Assembly (NCBI GenBank): GCA_964016885.1 | Contig: CAXHJY010000700.1 | Location: 1-49,548, forward strand | Length of the DNA: 49,548 bases | DNA from: Eledone cirrhosa | Taxonomy: Eukaryota | Direction: 5' to 3' | Part shown: in pieces, positions 1 through 12,225 of the stretch | How the letters are laid out: each line of letters starts with the position of its first letter | Position numbering within the stretch: position 1 is the stretch's first letter | Made by a program: the position numbers and the translations under genes | Notes under the pieces: model-generated | The model's input: only the letters and a program-made list of their open reading frames with translations | What the model was told of the DNA's origin: nothing | Databases searched by the model: none

Positions 1-487
<487 letters not shown>

Positions 488-1345
488 TAAAAAGTCTAGA
501 GAAAATTAAAAATGGAAGTTTATTGATGAAAAGGAGAGAGGAAAAAAATTGAATGAATCTCAGACTGTTGAAAAGCATTATTTTGAAAATTCATTAAGAA
601 TGCCACAAACAGATGGCTGCCTTTGATTGGAGTTAGTTAGAACATGGTAATTAAAACAATCTCTAAGCTTCTATGCAACGCTCTCCTCCCCAGCGCCGCC
701 TCACACCCGGGTTTATTTCATCTATGTAAGTTGAATCTTATAGGGGTGTGTGGTAAGGAGTCGTCCTTATTTTTGTGTTGTTCATTATTGAATGTGTTTG
801 TGTTTTTGAGTTTCTGTTTATATTTCTGTCATATATTGTGCTTTGTAACTCGATATCTATTAGTTAACGTGGTTAATATATTTAATGAAAGGTTAATTAA
901 AAGTCAAAACATATTCAGTCTATCTCTTCTATCCTTTTACTCTTCTTTTCTCTTTCTTTCTTTGCTTCTTTCATTATTATTTTTCTTTTTCATCTTTCCG
1001 AAAGTGGAATGTTCCAGATTAAAGTTATTAGTGGATACAATGATACCAAAGGAATATATGTGAAAGGAAAACGAAAAAAAAAAAAATTTTAAATAGAAAT
1101 AATTTTAAAAACTTCAAAAACTGATATATATCGCAGGAATAATCTCAAAAATTCATCTGCGTCACACGCACACACACACATACACACATACACACTCGCA
1201 CTTTCTCTCATACGCATACAATACACACGCACAGACATAGAAGAAGGTATAAAAGAATAAATATCAACTTTAAGGTTTTAAGCATCAATAGGTTTTTTTA
1301 ATAAATATGGTGGGCGTAGCATGATCAAACGGTTAAGGAGTTAGC

Positions 1346-1457
1346 TTCGCAATCATTTGAATCCAGGTTCAATATTACACTGATACAACTTGGGTAACAT
1401 GATTCGCAATCATTTGAATCCAGGTTCAATCTTACACTGAGGCAACTTGGGTAACAA
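1346..1457. repeat. Two tandem copies of a ~57-bp unit
   Basis: ttcgcaatcatttgaatccaggttcaat(a/c)ttacactga..caacttgggtaaca at ~1346 and ~1403. Confidence 0.85.
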
Positions 1458-1559
1458 TAATTTACCATACCCACTTGTTGATCCACGCCTATGATTGAGA
1501 GTTTGTTGAGAGAAACAGTTTGGAAGCCACACAAATCTGAAATTCAAAGGGAGAGCCTT

Positions 1560-1835
1560 CTTACGCATAAGCTAATTTCACGAAATTAACGTGCACTTAG
1601 CTGAGCATTCCACTGACACGTGTACACTTAACATGATTCTCGGGATATTTCAGTGTGACAGAGTGTGTTACAAAGTTAACCCATTGAATTACTGGTACAG
1701 TCCTTACGACGGCCGACCAAACAGTTTCCGTTTACTTAAAACAAGTGATAACCCGAGGCCATACTAAATGACTGAGATCGAACCCGGCACCTAATGATTA
1801 CGAAGTGATCTTCTTAACCAATTGGTCATGCTGCA
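1560..1835 (-). mobile_element. Degenerate tRNA-derived SINE
   Basis: Shares gaaattaacgtgca...cattccac.gacac...cagtgtgaca body with the adjacent copy; B-box-like gggttcgatc on the minus strand near 1776-1785. Confidence 0.75.
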
Positions 1836-1855
1836 TGCAGACCATAAGCAACATC

Positions 1856-2183
1856 AACAGCCACTCCGTCCGTTACGACGATGAGTGTTCTAGTTGACCC
1901 GATCACTGGAACAGCTTGCTCGTGAAATTAACGTGCAAGTTGCTAAGCATTCCACAGACACCTCTACCCTTAACTAAATTCTCTGGGAGATTCAGCGTGA
2001 CACAGAATGTGACAAGGCTGGCCATTCGACTTACAGGTACAACTCATTTTTGCTAGCTGAGTGGACTGGAGCAGCGGGAAATAAAATGTCATGCTGAAGG
2101 ACACTACGGGCTGTTGGGAATCGAACTCTCGACCTTACGATTCTGAGCCGAATACCCCCAACCACAAAGTCATGCACCTTCAC
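1856..2183 (-). mobile_element. tRNA-derived SINE (octopus OR-like, CORE-like domain)
   Basis: Minus strand begins gtgaaggtgcatg..., B-box gagttcgattccc, then gtgtccttcagcatgacattttatttc matching the CORE-like segment of the copies at 20521 and 22948. Confidence 0.85.
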
Positions 2184-2299
2184 ACAACAACAATAAGAAC
2201 CACAACACCAATATCAATAACACCAGCAGCACAACTATTACAAACAAACATCAACGACAACGGACTGTAATAATATGAATGATGTCTATATAAATACAG

Positions 2300-2695
2300 A
2301 TGTGTGTGTGTGTGTATATGTGTATGTGTGTGTTTATGTTTGAGTGTGTTTGTGTATATGTGGTTGACTGTGAATGCGTGTGTTTGTGTGTGTGTATGTT
2401 TGAGTGTTTGTGTGTATGTGTGTAACTGTGTTTGTGTGTGTATGTTTGAGTGTTTTTGTGTATATGTGTGACTGTGTGAATGCGTGTGTTTGTGTGTGTG
2501 TGTTTGAGTGGTTGTGTGTATGTGTTACTGTGTTTGTGTGTGTATGTTTGAGTGTTTGTGTATATGTGTGTAACTGCGTGAATGCGTGTACTTATGTCTG
2601 TATGTTTGTGTGTGTGTGTGTGTGTATGTTTGACTGTGTATATGTGTGTGATTGCGTGAATGCGTATACTTATGTCTGTATGACTATGTGTGTCC
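2300..2695. repeat. Degenerate (TG)n tract
   Basis: Seen directly. Confidence 0.9.
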
Positions 2696-3034
2696 CACTT
2701 GCAGTGTGTTGAATTAATAACAAATGTTCAGATGAAAGATCTGTAAATAATGTCTACATTTCACCTCCAATCTGAGTTTAACAGGGGAGAAGAGATAGTT
2801 ATCGCCATGAACTGAACTAAACACATTTCCCGACCCCTTCCTTAATTCTGTTCTATAATGCGATAGAAATCAGGTTTAACGTTTCAACACATGGTAGCAC
2901 CCTCTGTGTAATGGAGAAAACATTGTATAAGGTAGAAACTGATTGTTTTGTTAGTGTTTTTATTTTATTTTTTCACTAGTGGATTCGCCGAGGCAGGTTC
3001 TATGACCCTTTTTTTCACGAAGGACGTCCGAAAT

Positions 3035-3339
3035 CAGGGCCGGATTTAAGGAGCTTGCAAACTGGGTAATTGTCCCGGCACCGCTGCGGTGGGGAAACCC
3101 ACCAGTGACGGCCGTAGCAATTTATTTGTGCCTTCAGCTGGGCTTTTTAGTTTTAGGATGGTTAAAATTTGTGAATTTAATACCTGTACTGTTGTATAAC
3201 TTTTCAATTCCAATTATTTGCGCCAAGCTAACTTTGATATATAAAATTGGGTGTTTGCTGTGTATTCTAATTTTTTGTGTATGAGGGGCCGCCAACACCT
3301 GAAGTGACCCGGGCCCCCTAATGTCTAAATCCAACCTCA
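3035..3339. mobile_element. hAT-type MITE
   Basis: Left TIR cagggccggattta, degenerate right TIR taaatccaacctca; 8-bp TSD tccgaaat (3027-3034) / tccgagat (3340-3347). 8-bp TSDs are characteristic of hAT. Confidence 0.8.
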
Positions 3340-3679
3340 TCCGAGATAGACAGAGGGGAAAGATGAAGGGAGAGAGAGAGGTGCTGGGTGAGGGCATCAT
3401 AATAAAGTCTCGTGTAGGTGTAGCAGGGGACAGAATAAACCAAAGTGTCAGAACACAGACCACAGAACACAGACCTGGTCCTAATGTTTGTAACAAAATG
3501 AACGACATTTAATACAGCAATAGACATGCTGTTATCGATGGTGGTGAATTTAAACACACACACACACGCACACGCACACGCACACGCACACACACACACA
3601 TATATATATAATTATACATACACACACACATGTATATATACACACACAGAGACATATACACACACACGCACATATATAC

Positions 3680-3982
3680 AGAAAACAGCACAGCTCCCAT
3701 GACTTTCGTAAACATTTTTTCACGCTCAGAGTTGCTGAAGCATGGAACAATCTGCCTGCGTCAGTTGTTAGCTGCCGAGACACTGCATCCTTTAAAACAC
3801 TCATGCTTCCCGAAATACGCCAAAACTACATCTGATGTACCCCTTCCATACACATGCACACATGTGTATATCATGCACTGTTCATTTTCCTGACGTTTGT
3901 ACATTACCCTATGTACTATACATACACTTTTTGATGAGTTCACCTGAGCACTGTACACAATATTTCATTATTATTATTATTA
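3680..3982 (+). mobile_element. CR1-clade LINE 3' fragment (ORF2 C-terminus, 3' UTR, (ATT)n tail)
   Basis: 3680-3835 translates RKQHSSHDFRKHFFTLRVAEAWNNLPASVVSCRDTASFKTLMLPEIRQNYI*, matching the CR1 terminal motif RxxFFxxRVxxxWNxLPxxVVxxxxxxxFK; ends in attattattatt. Confidence 0.85.
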
Positions 3983-4114
3983 TGTATATACATAGATACA
4001 CGTATATTTTTCACGGACCATCTTGCCTAATGACAACACCTTATAAACAAAAAAATTACTTATATGCACACACACGCACAAACATATGTGTTTGTATTTG
4101 TGTGACTGTGTATG

Positions 4115-4155
<41 letters not shown>

Positions 4156-4621
4156 CGCAATATCGGAGTAATTAATTCCATTTAATTCTTTTCTATGGCA
4201 TCTGCACTCATCTATATCCCATCAAGACTCTTGGGCTAATCCACAACCTGCCCGATAGCGCAATCCTTTCAAGTTAATGTATTTGTCAATTAACTTCTGT
4301 TCTTAACTACCCTAAAAAACAAGTAAAAAACAAGTAAAAATACAAAGAAACAAAACAAAAAACAAGACAATAATAAACAAGACGAATCTGATTTCGCTGC
4401 ATTCTGTTGTAAAAGACATTAGCTATTTCCCTTTTCCACTCAAACTAATGACTGGGATTAAATTAGTGTTTTCGAATGTTTCTAAATATTTTACTTGGAT
4501 ATCTAGACTGGGGAATATATTAGAAAACGAAGGAAAGGGATTTGGTGAATATATTAGAGAACAAAAGAAGGGATTTGTTGAAAGCTAAAGAAAAAGCAGC
4601 GAAGTGATGGAGTTATTAGAA

Positions 4622-5240
4622 CGTCAGATACAATACTTTGAGGTATATGTTCTGTTTCAGGAGTGGGGTTGATTCTTCCTCTACAAGTCTATCTTTCTAT
4701 CACTATCTTTCCCTTTTAAGTTAAGAAATCGGTTGTGTTTAGATCAGATCAATACATAAATACCAGTTTGATACGTCAGGTACAATACTTTGAGCTATTT
4801 GTCCTTTTTCAGGAGTGGGGTTGATCCTTCCTCTACATCTCTCCCTCTCTACCACTATCTTTCCCTTTTAAGAAATCGGTTGTGTTCAGATCGATAAATA
4901 AATACCAGTTCGATACGTGAGATACAATAATTTGAACAATTTGTACCGTCTCAGGTCTCCGTATTCTGAGCTCAAATGCTCAAAATACAGAGGTCAGATC
5001 TGATGCTCAAAATACAGAGGTCAGATCTGATGCTCAAAATACAGAGGTCAGATTTATACTTCATTTTTTTTTTCAATGTTGATAAAAAAAAGTACAAGTT
5101 GAGTACTAGGGTTGATTCTTCCTCTAAATCTCTTCCTCTTTATCGCCATCTTTCGCGATCTTTCACCTTTTATCTAAGAAATGGATTGTGTGCAGTTCGA
5201 TAAATATATACCAGTTTCATACTGGGGATGATTCTTCCTC
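4622..5240 (+). repeat. Degenerate tandem array (~140-155-bp units), probably SINE-tail derived
   Basis: tacaatactttgag...tcaggagtggggttgat.cttcctctac...aagaaatcggttgtgtt...ataccagtt repeats at ~4622, ~4775 and ~4915, with looser copies at ~5090 and ~5210. Confidence 0.7.
4976..5053. repeat. 27-bp minisatellite x3
   Basis: atgctcaaaatacagaggtcagatctg at 4976, 5003 and 5030 (last copy partial). Confidence 0.95.
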
Positions 5241-5385
5241 TTTCTGAAATTTCCTCCTCCTCCTCCTCCTCCCTTCTCTCACCCTCTCTGTCTCTATTCT
5301 CTGGAAGAAAACGGTTGCGTTGTGACCTTGAGGGGGAAGGGTTCCGTTGTGTGTAATTGCTCAATTCACAGTACCAGATAATAAT

Positions 5386-5543
5386 TGTTTCTACATTTGG
5401 CACAAGGCCAGCAATTATTCCAGTGTATTACTGGTACTTTATTTTATCAACCCCGTAAGGATGAAAGGCAAAGTTAACCTCGGCGGGATTTGAACTCAGA
5501 CCATAAAGGGACGTAACTCTTTTCTGCAAAGCATGGCGTCCGG
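5386..5543 (-). mobile_element. 5'-truncated SINE (family B) with 17-bp TSD
   Basis: Core gcctttcatccttacggggt.gataaaataaagtaccag on the minus strand; direct repeat cagtaccagataataat at 5369-5385 and 5544-5560. Confidence 0.9.
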
Positions 5544-5888
5544 CAGTACCAGATAATAATGTCGGTTTTACTTGTATCTCTGTTAATTTGTGATCCTAGT
5601 TTTGAGGGATATATAAATCTTCACGTGTCCGTTCCTAAGTAGATTATAGGATATTTTACTGCTTACTTGCTTTCCTTGGATATTTTTCTGTTATATCTAC
5701 TGACTCATACTCAATCTGGAAAAATCTGTTATTAATATCCTAAAGATAATCAGCCAAAGTATCTAATTTATTTGTACATATACAACATTAATATATCACG
5801 CAAATGGAAATAATTATAATTTCCATTCGCGTGATCAGCGAGAAACCGAGAAACTCTAAGTAGCAACAAGGTATAATCTCAGTAATAA

Positions 5889-6068
5889 TGTTTCTACTTT
5901 TGGCACAAGGCCAGCAATTTACTCAGTGCATTACTGGTACTTTTATTTTATCGACCCCGTAAGGATGAAAGGCAAAATTAATCTCGACTGGATTTGAACT
6001 CAGATCGTAAAGGCCCGTAACTCCATGCTGCAAAGCATGGCGTCCAACCCTCTACCGATACTGCCAAT
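5889..6068 (-). mobile_element. SINE family B
   Basis: Same ggcacaaggccagc...tcgaccccgtaaggatgaaaggcaaa...gatttgaactcag body. Confidence 0.9.
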
Positions 6069-6079
6069 CCAAATAATGG

Positions 6080-6298
6080 GATTTGATTTAGGTACAAGGA
6101 AACAATTTTGAAGGGAGGGGAAAGTCGATTAAATCGGCCCCAGTGTATTACTGGTACTTTTACTTTATTTATCGACCTCGTAAGAATGAAAGGTAAATTA
6201 ACAACGGCGGGATTTGAACTCAGAGCGTCAAAGGACATAGTTGTATGCCACAAAGCATGTTGTCTGACGCTCTACCGATACTGATAACTCACCACCCT
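6080..6298 (-). mobile_element. SINE family B (longer form)
   Basis: Same body plus ggggaaagtcgattaaatc segment. Confidence 0.85.
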
Positions 6299-6364
6299 AA
6301 AATAATAATAATAGCAATAATAATAATATTGATGATATATATATATATACATATCATCACGGGT

Positions 6365-6575
<211 letters not shown>

Positions 6576-6761
6576 ATTATCCTAGATGTAGTAATGGTTA
6601 ATTACTACACTGGATATGGTTGACGTACGGTGAGAGGTTACTCAACGAGTTATGGAAGAATTGTTGAAGAAACTTAGTTCCTGATCCTTCTGTATTCCGG
6701 AGTGTAGATAACGAATGAATAATAACAGGTAGACATCATAAAAAAGGTAATTTATTCCGTG

Positions 6762-6872
6762 TGCTTACAAATGTTTCCACGGTGGTAATACAGCCTAGTT
6801 ATGCTATGTGCAAATTTTCAACTATTTTCAGAACTCAAATGTCAAATGCTGTGACCACTGTACATCAGAGCA
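6762..6872 (-). ncRNA. Type I hammerhead ribozyme with large stem II insert (A9 deleted)
   Basis: TGCT CTGATG- TACAGTGGT...ACCACCGTG GAAAC ATTT GTA AGCA. Confidence 0.6.
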
Positions 6873-7796
6873 GAATGGTTAAAATGTACAATGTAAATAC
6901 CATTAAGTGAGGTTATTGGAGAAGATAGAGTAGAAAAGGAAGAGAGAAAAGTAGGGGAGAGAGAGAGAAAGATATGCAGGGGTTGGAGAAATAGGAGAGA
7001 GTGGTTTGTAGATATCTTAATCAAAATGTTATGGTAGGGGTTTTATTATACTGGTTACTTTTAGAGAGATGCGTTGATAGTCAAGGTTGGAATTATTTAT
7101 TGCCCCAGAGGGCAGGTTCATAGATGTGGAGAGGGAGGGAGGTAGGTCAAAGGCGAGAGAGAGAGAGTGGAATGGATATAGAGGGAGAGATAGAGAGGGG
7201 ACAGACGAAGTCTATGGGGTGGGTGAACTTTGGGATAGAATCGAACGATCATTATACTGCAACCACAAACTAAAAGCTAAATTCTCTCACTATAAAATAA
7301 TTTAACATTCGAACCCGTAACTATAACATCGCTTTCTAGCTAACCACCTCTTCCCCCACACTACAAGACAATACCCTGCTTATCACTATAAATGGTAACT
7401 CAGTGCAATTCGTAGATTACTACTACGAACCCAAAGTTCACCCACCCCATAGACTTCGTCTGTCCCCTCTCTATCTCTCCCTCTATATCCATTCCGTCTC
7501 TCTCTCTCGCCTTTGACCTACCTCCCTCCCTCTCCACATCTATGAACCTGCCCTCTGGGGCAATAAATAATTCCAACCTTGACTATCAACGCATCTCTCT
7601 AAAAGTAACCAGTATAATAAAACCCCTACTATAACATTTTGATTAAGATATCTACAAACCACTCTCTCCTATTTCTCCAACCCCTGGATATCTTTCTCTC
7701 TCTCTCCCTCTCCCCTACTTTTCTCTCTTCCTTTTCTACTCTATCTTCTCCAATAACCTCACTTAATGGTATTTACATTGTACATTTTAACCATTC

Positions 7797-7908
7797 TGCT
7801 CTGATGATACAGTGGTCACAGCATTTGATATTTGAGTTCTGCAAATAGTTGAAAATTTGCACATAGCATAACTAGGCTGTATTACCACCGTGGAAACATT
7901 TGTAAACA
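7797..7908 (+). ncRNA. Type I hammerhead ribozyme with large stem II insert
   Basis: TGCT CTGATGA TACAGTGGT...ACCACCGTG GAAAC ATTT GTA AACA; one stem I mismatch relative to the other arm. Confidence 0.65.
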
Positions 7909-7956
7909 CACGGAATAAATTACCTTTTTTAAGATGTCTACCTGTTATTATTCATT

Positions 7957-7996
<40 letters not shown>

Positions 7997-8065
7997 TATG
8001 AAGAGAGAAGAAACATTTAGATATAATTAGTAATAAAATGTATCATACCTAAACTGTTCCTAAAT

Positions 8066-8153
8066 TCCTCGACTACGTAGTTTCGTGGCATAAACAAAAA
8101 CAATATATCAAAGATATAGAGTCCTTGCGAGGTCTGCCGACTTATCAAGAGGA
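8066..8153 (-). ncRNA. Hammerhead ribozyme, U3-A8 variant
   Basis: Inverted copy of 8546-8633. Confidence 0.75.
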
Positions 8154-8545
8154 TACCTCATTTTACTAGTCTCAAGAACGCGTCTACACGACGTGAGAAA
8201 GAATCCCAAAACTCAGTTGGGTGCGGATGCATTCATGTATATATGTGTGTGTCCGCATGTATCTGTGTGTTTCTAAATATATTAATAACTCCCTCTGGTC
8301 GAGCAATCTTTGAAGTGTGGGGACAACTGGAAAGCTTCCATTACTCATACTTCTCGCCTTCTTCACTACCTCTTCTACGGCCTCGATATGAATACCCCCT
8401 CCGCCTCCGTGGTATTTTCTTCGTGGTTATAAGAGGCTTAGCTCTGTTTCTCGACCGTTATATCGCGTGACTATCTCCCCCTCCGCCTTTTGGGATTCTT
8501 TCTCACGTCGTGTAGACGCGTTCTTGAGACTAGTAAAATGAGGTA

Positions 8546-8633
8546 TCCTCTTGATAAGTCGGCAGACCTCGCAAGGACTCTATATCTTTGATATATTGTT
8601 TTTGTTTATGCCACGAAACTACGTAGTCGAGGA
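8546..8633 (+). ncRNA. Hammerhead ribozyme, U3-A8 variant
   Basis: TCCTC TTGATAA GTCGGCA...TGCCAC GAAAC TACGTA GTC GAGGA; stem I TCCTC/GAGGA, palindromic stem III ACTACGTAGT, GUC cleavage triplet. Confidence 0.8.
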
Positions 8634-8864
8634 ATTTAGGAACAGTTTAGGTATGATACATTTTATTACTAATTATATCTAAATGTTTCTTCTCTCTTCA
8701 TAATGTATTTTTAACTCTGATACTGGTTCAGTCTGGTTCAAACTGAATTGGTCTGTCCCAGTCATTCATTGAGCAACATCGGTGAAGTTGGCACCCTTAA
8801 CTCACAGTTGGGTGCGGATGCATTCATGTATATATGTGTGTGTCCGCATGTATCTGTGTGTTTC

Positions 8865-8908
<44 letters not shown>

Positions 8909-8910
8909 AC

Positions 8911-9048
8911 TGTTTCTACTTTAGGCACAAGGCCAGCAATTACCCAGTGCATTACTGGTACTTTATTTTATCGACCCCGTAAGGATGAAAGGCAAAGTCA
9001 ACCTCGGTGGGATTTGAATTCAGATCGTAAAGGGACGTAACTATGCTG
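8911..9048 (-). mobile_element. 5'-truncated SINE family B
   Basis: Family B body. Confidence 0.9.
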
Positions 9049-9320
9049 GAATAACGGCGATGAATTAGTTTTGCGAGGTTTTTGATATGAAATCGTGTCG
9101 AAACAAATATTGTTATACTTGGGGAGGGTCATATTTGTGTAATAATATTGCCAGAATTAATAACAGAACACAAAACAATATATATATATACATCCTTTTA
9201 AAATATTTAAATATTCGAAATATTTCGTTTTAATCATTTTCTAACCCAGAAAAAAGAGAGAAATAAATAAAAAGGGAAAAAAAAAATTTTTCTTCCTAAT
9301 AATCGTCTTTTCTCCCTGCG

Positions 9321-9359
<39 letters not shown>

Positions 9360-9978
9360 CGTGTAAATGTTAGTGAAGTCTAACAGTTTAGAGCATATCA
9401 TGATGATAAAATAAATATCACTTTGAAAGTAAAGAACTATAGGTTATAGCCATAGAAACGTGAACAAGTATAACAACAACAAGACAATCATTACTAGCCT
9501 CATACCATGTTTGAAAATATATATGAGCTATATTTGACCATAGATTTTAGTGAGTGCAAAATATATTTGCGTAAATATTTCCGGAAAGTCAGAAGAATAT
9601 GAATTTCAAATCAAGTTTTATTTGTCTGGTTTCTCTTATTTTTCTTTGTCCCTTATATTTTTTTTACCATATACAATTTCCAGGACACCATATAATGTAT
9701 ATTGACAACAGATTAGTAGGTTACTTTATATTGTTTCATTGCTGTTGTTTAGCTCCAGATCAGACCTGGTCACACTGACCTCCGATCAAATAGATTCCAT
9801 CTAATAACATGCTGCGAATTTGTTTATTGTCAGGAATATTATTTCCAAGTCTATATGATATAATATATATATAAACGTTTGTATTTGTAAAGCCAAAACA
9901 ATGCAGGTATGGATATAGAATATAAATGCAAATGCTATTGTTGACAATTAGTCTTTTACCTTAAATTTATTTAAATAT

Positions 9979-10013
9979 CCTTAATTTTCGACATAATATC
10001 TCTTCTTCGGAGG
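9979..10013 (-). ncRNA. Minimal hammerhead-like motif (U4C)
   Basis: CCT CCGAAGA AGAGAT ATT ATGTC GAAA AT TA AGG. Confidence 0.5.
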
Positions 10014-10102
10014 GAAGTAAAGTGGTTAAACCAGCGTTCTAAATAGCTTGCCAAGTCATGACTTGCCAAGCTTTTAGAACGCTGGTTTAACCACTTTACT
10101 TC

Positions 10103-10137
10103 TCTCCGAAGAAGAGATATTATCTCGAAAATTAAGC
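10103..10137 (+). ncRNA. Minimal hammerhead-like motif (U4C)
   Basis: TCT CCGAAGA A GAGAT ATT ATCTC GAAA AT TA AGC. Confidence 0.5.
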
Positions 10138-11030
10138 ATATTTAAATAAATTTAAGGTAAAAGACTAATCGTCAACAATATCTTTTGCATTTGCATTTAT
10201 ATTCTATATCCATACCTGCATTGTTTTGGCTTTACAAATACAAACGTTTATACCTCATTACACAATGCTTCAAGTGAACTATAACTTCCTCAATATATAT
10301 ATGTATATTTCAACAGTATTCTAATAAATATTGCCTATACAGGTAATAAAAGTGTATATACATTTTTGGGGGACACCCTATATATATATTATATGTACAG
10401 AAAGATTATCTAGTAGCATCTGTTTTTATAGGTTGTTGTTTAGAACGACACCTTCCGTAAATTAGTTGAACTATAATCATAAACTTTCCAGCTGTGATCA
10501 TCCCATGATTTTGGTATATCAGAGACAATTACTCACTATTTTTCCCCCAAGAGATTTGATTGAAAAATACATGATACATGAACAGGTAGAAACGTTCTTG
10601 CCGATTGAAGCGTCAGTTTTAAGTGGCTGATCATAATGTTATAAGTTCAAATATTACTTTTGCATCTATTTTGAAAACTGTTTATGTTGCATTTTTTTTT
10701 TTTTATATAAAAGCAAAAATCATTTATCTATGCTGTTTATTCTACACCGAATTGATCCGTAATTCTTGGACAAGGTTCAGTGATTTGATCCTCTCACAGA
10801 TTTCATTCATTGAAGTGTAGCAAATCTTGAACACTGGCTTTCTATACTAAAGTCAAATACATTAACCATATTACATACAATTAAGTTAGTGTAAATATGT
10901 AATATTAATAGATTTAATGCAGGGTGCATTAAAACGTTAACTAGAAACAAAGAATCAAGCGTATTCAGGAAGCGTTGAACACATTTTAAATTTTGAATTT
11001 TGAACAGTGTTCAATTTTTTATGAATGAGG

Positions 11031-11283
11031 AGGAGCGTCGCCTAGTGGTAAGGGTGTTGGACTTACCATCATAATGTCGTGGGTTCGCGTTCAGGACTGG
11101 GCTGTGTGTTGTGTTCTTGAGCAAAACACTTCATTTTACGTTGCTCTAGTATACTCAGTGGAAAATGAGTACCAGTAATAGCTGTGTGTGGGGGAGGGGG
11201 GATTTTGTACTCTCAATCGCTTAACACCACCAAAACCGGGATAAGCACCAGATTTATGATCCCCTGGGCTCGAGACAGACTTT
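11031..11283 (+). mobile_element. Degenerate tRNA-derived CORE-like SINE
   Basis: A-box-like cgcctagtggt, B-box-like gggttcgcgt, then gtgttcttgagcaaaacacttcattttacgttgctc. Confidence 0.8.
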
Positions 11284-11673
11284 TCTTAATGTATCTTAAT
11301 ATAACCTGTTTGAACGCAGGTGTTTTGATTATGAAATATAGTCGAACAATTTGAGAATATAAGTTCCTAGAGACGGAACATATATTTGAAGCATATTTAC
11401 ATTGTGCTAAAAAACATACTAACTAAAAATATTTATCTTTTGAGAGTGATTGGTGGTAGGCAAACTGAATACATATAGGGCTTTTCGGTACCTGCGCCAT
11501 TGTAACTAAGGGAGATGACTTCTGTAAGGTTGATATTCTTTAACTTTACGTTACACGAAATATATAAATGGACGTAACGTCATTTGCTCCAGAGGGGCTC
11601 TAAATATCAGCCAAATTTAAATCATTCCACAAATAAATGACTTTGGGTAAAGTTCAAAATAGATGATTACTCG

Positions 11674-11764
11674 TTACTGCTACTGCTGTTGTTGTTGTTG
11701 TTGTTGTTGTTATTACTGCTGTTATTGTTGTTGTTATTGATGTTGCTGTTGTTGCTGTTGTTGT

Positions 11765-11795
<31 letters not shown>

Positions 11796-12125
11796 GTTGT
11801 TGTTGCTGTTGCTGTTGTTATTGTTGTTGCTCTTGTTGCTGCTGTTGTTGCTGTTATTGCTGTTATTGTTGCTATTGTTGTTGCTACTGCGGTTGTTTTG
11901 TTACAGCTGTTGTTGTTGCTGTTATTGTTGTTGTTATTACTGTTGTTGTTGTTGCTGTTATTGTTGTTGTTATTACTGTTGTTGTTGCTGCTGTTGTTGT
12001 TGTTGTTGTTATTATTATTGTTGTTGCTGCTGCTGTTGCTATTATTGTTGTTGTTCTTGCTGCTGTTGCTGCTATTTTTTAATATTATTTTTCTGGCTGC
12101 TGTTATTGTTATTGTTGTTTTCATT
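11674..12125. repeat. (GTT/GCT)n low-complexity tract
   Basis: Seen directly. Confidence 0.95.
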
Positions 12126-12225
12126 TGTTTCACATTGTATATTGTAATTCTACATTTTCGTTATCTTAATTAGGGATGTGATTAATTACATTTAGGGAAG
12201 TCGTCTTGATTTGTACAGAGTAGAT

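Larger units (their letters stand above)
7991..8873. mobile_element. PLE-type element: 221-bp inverted arms plus tail, in (TA)n
   Basis: 7991-8211 is the reverse complement of 8488-8708 (no difference seen by eye); tail from 8709; 8214-8282 duplicates 8805-8873. Confidence 0.8.
9870..10293. mobile_element. PLE-type palindrome (~190-bp arms, no spacer) plus tail
   Basis: 9870-10058 and 10059-10252 are reverse complements centred on caagtca|tgacttg; tail 10253-10293; TA at both ends. Confidence 0.8.

Noticed and set aside
644-1063. 139-aa hydrophobic ORF
   Set aside because: T-rich low-complexity bias and no recognisable domain.
10742-10846. Minus-strand exon candidate (YRKPVFKICYTSMNEICERIKSLNLVQELRINSV*)
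   Set aside because: Short, no homology recognised, and within chance expectation.
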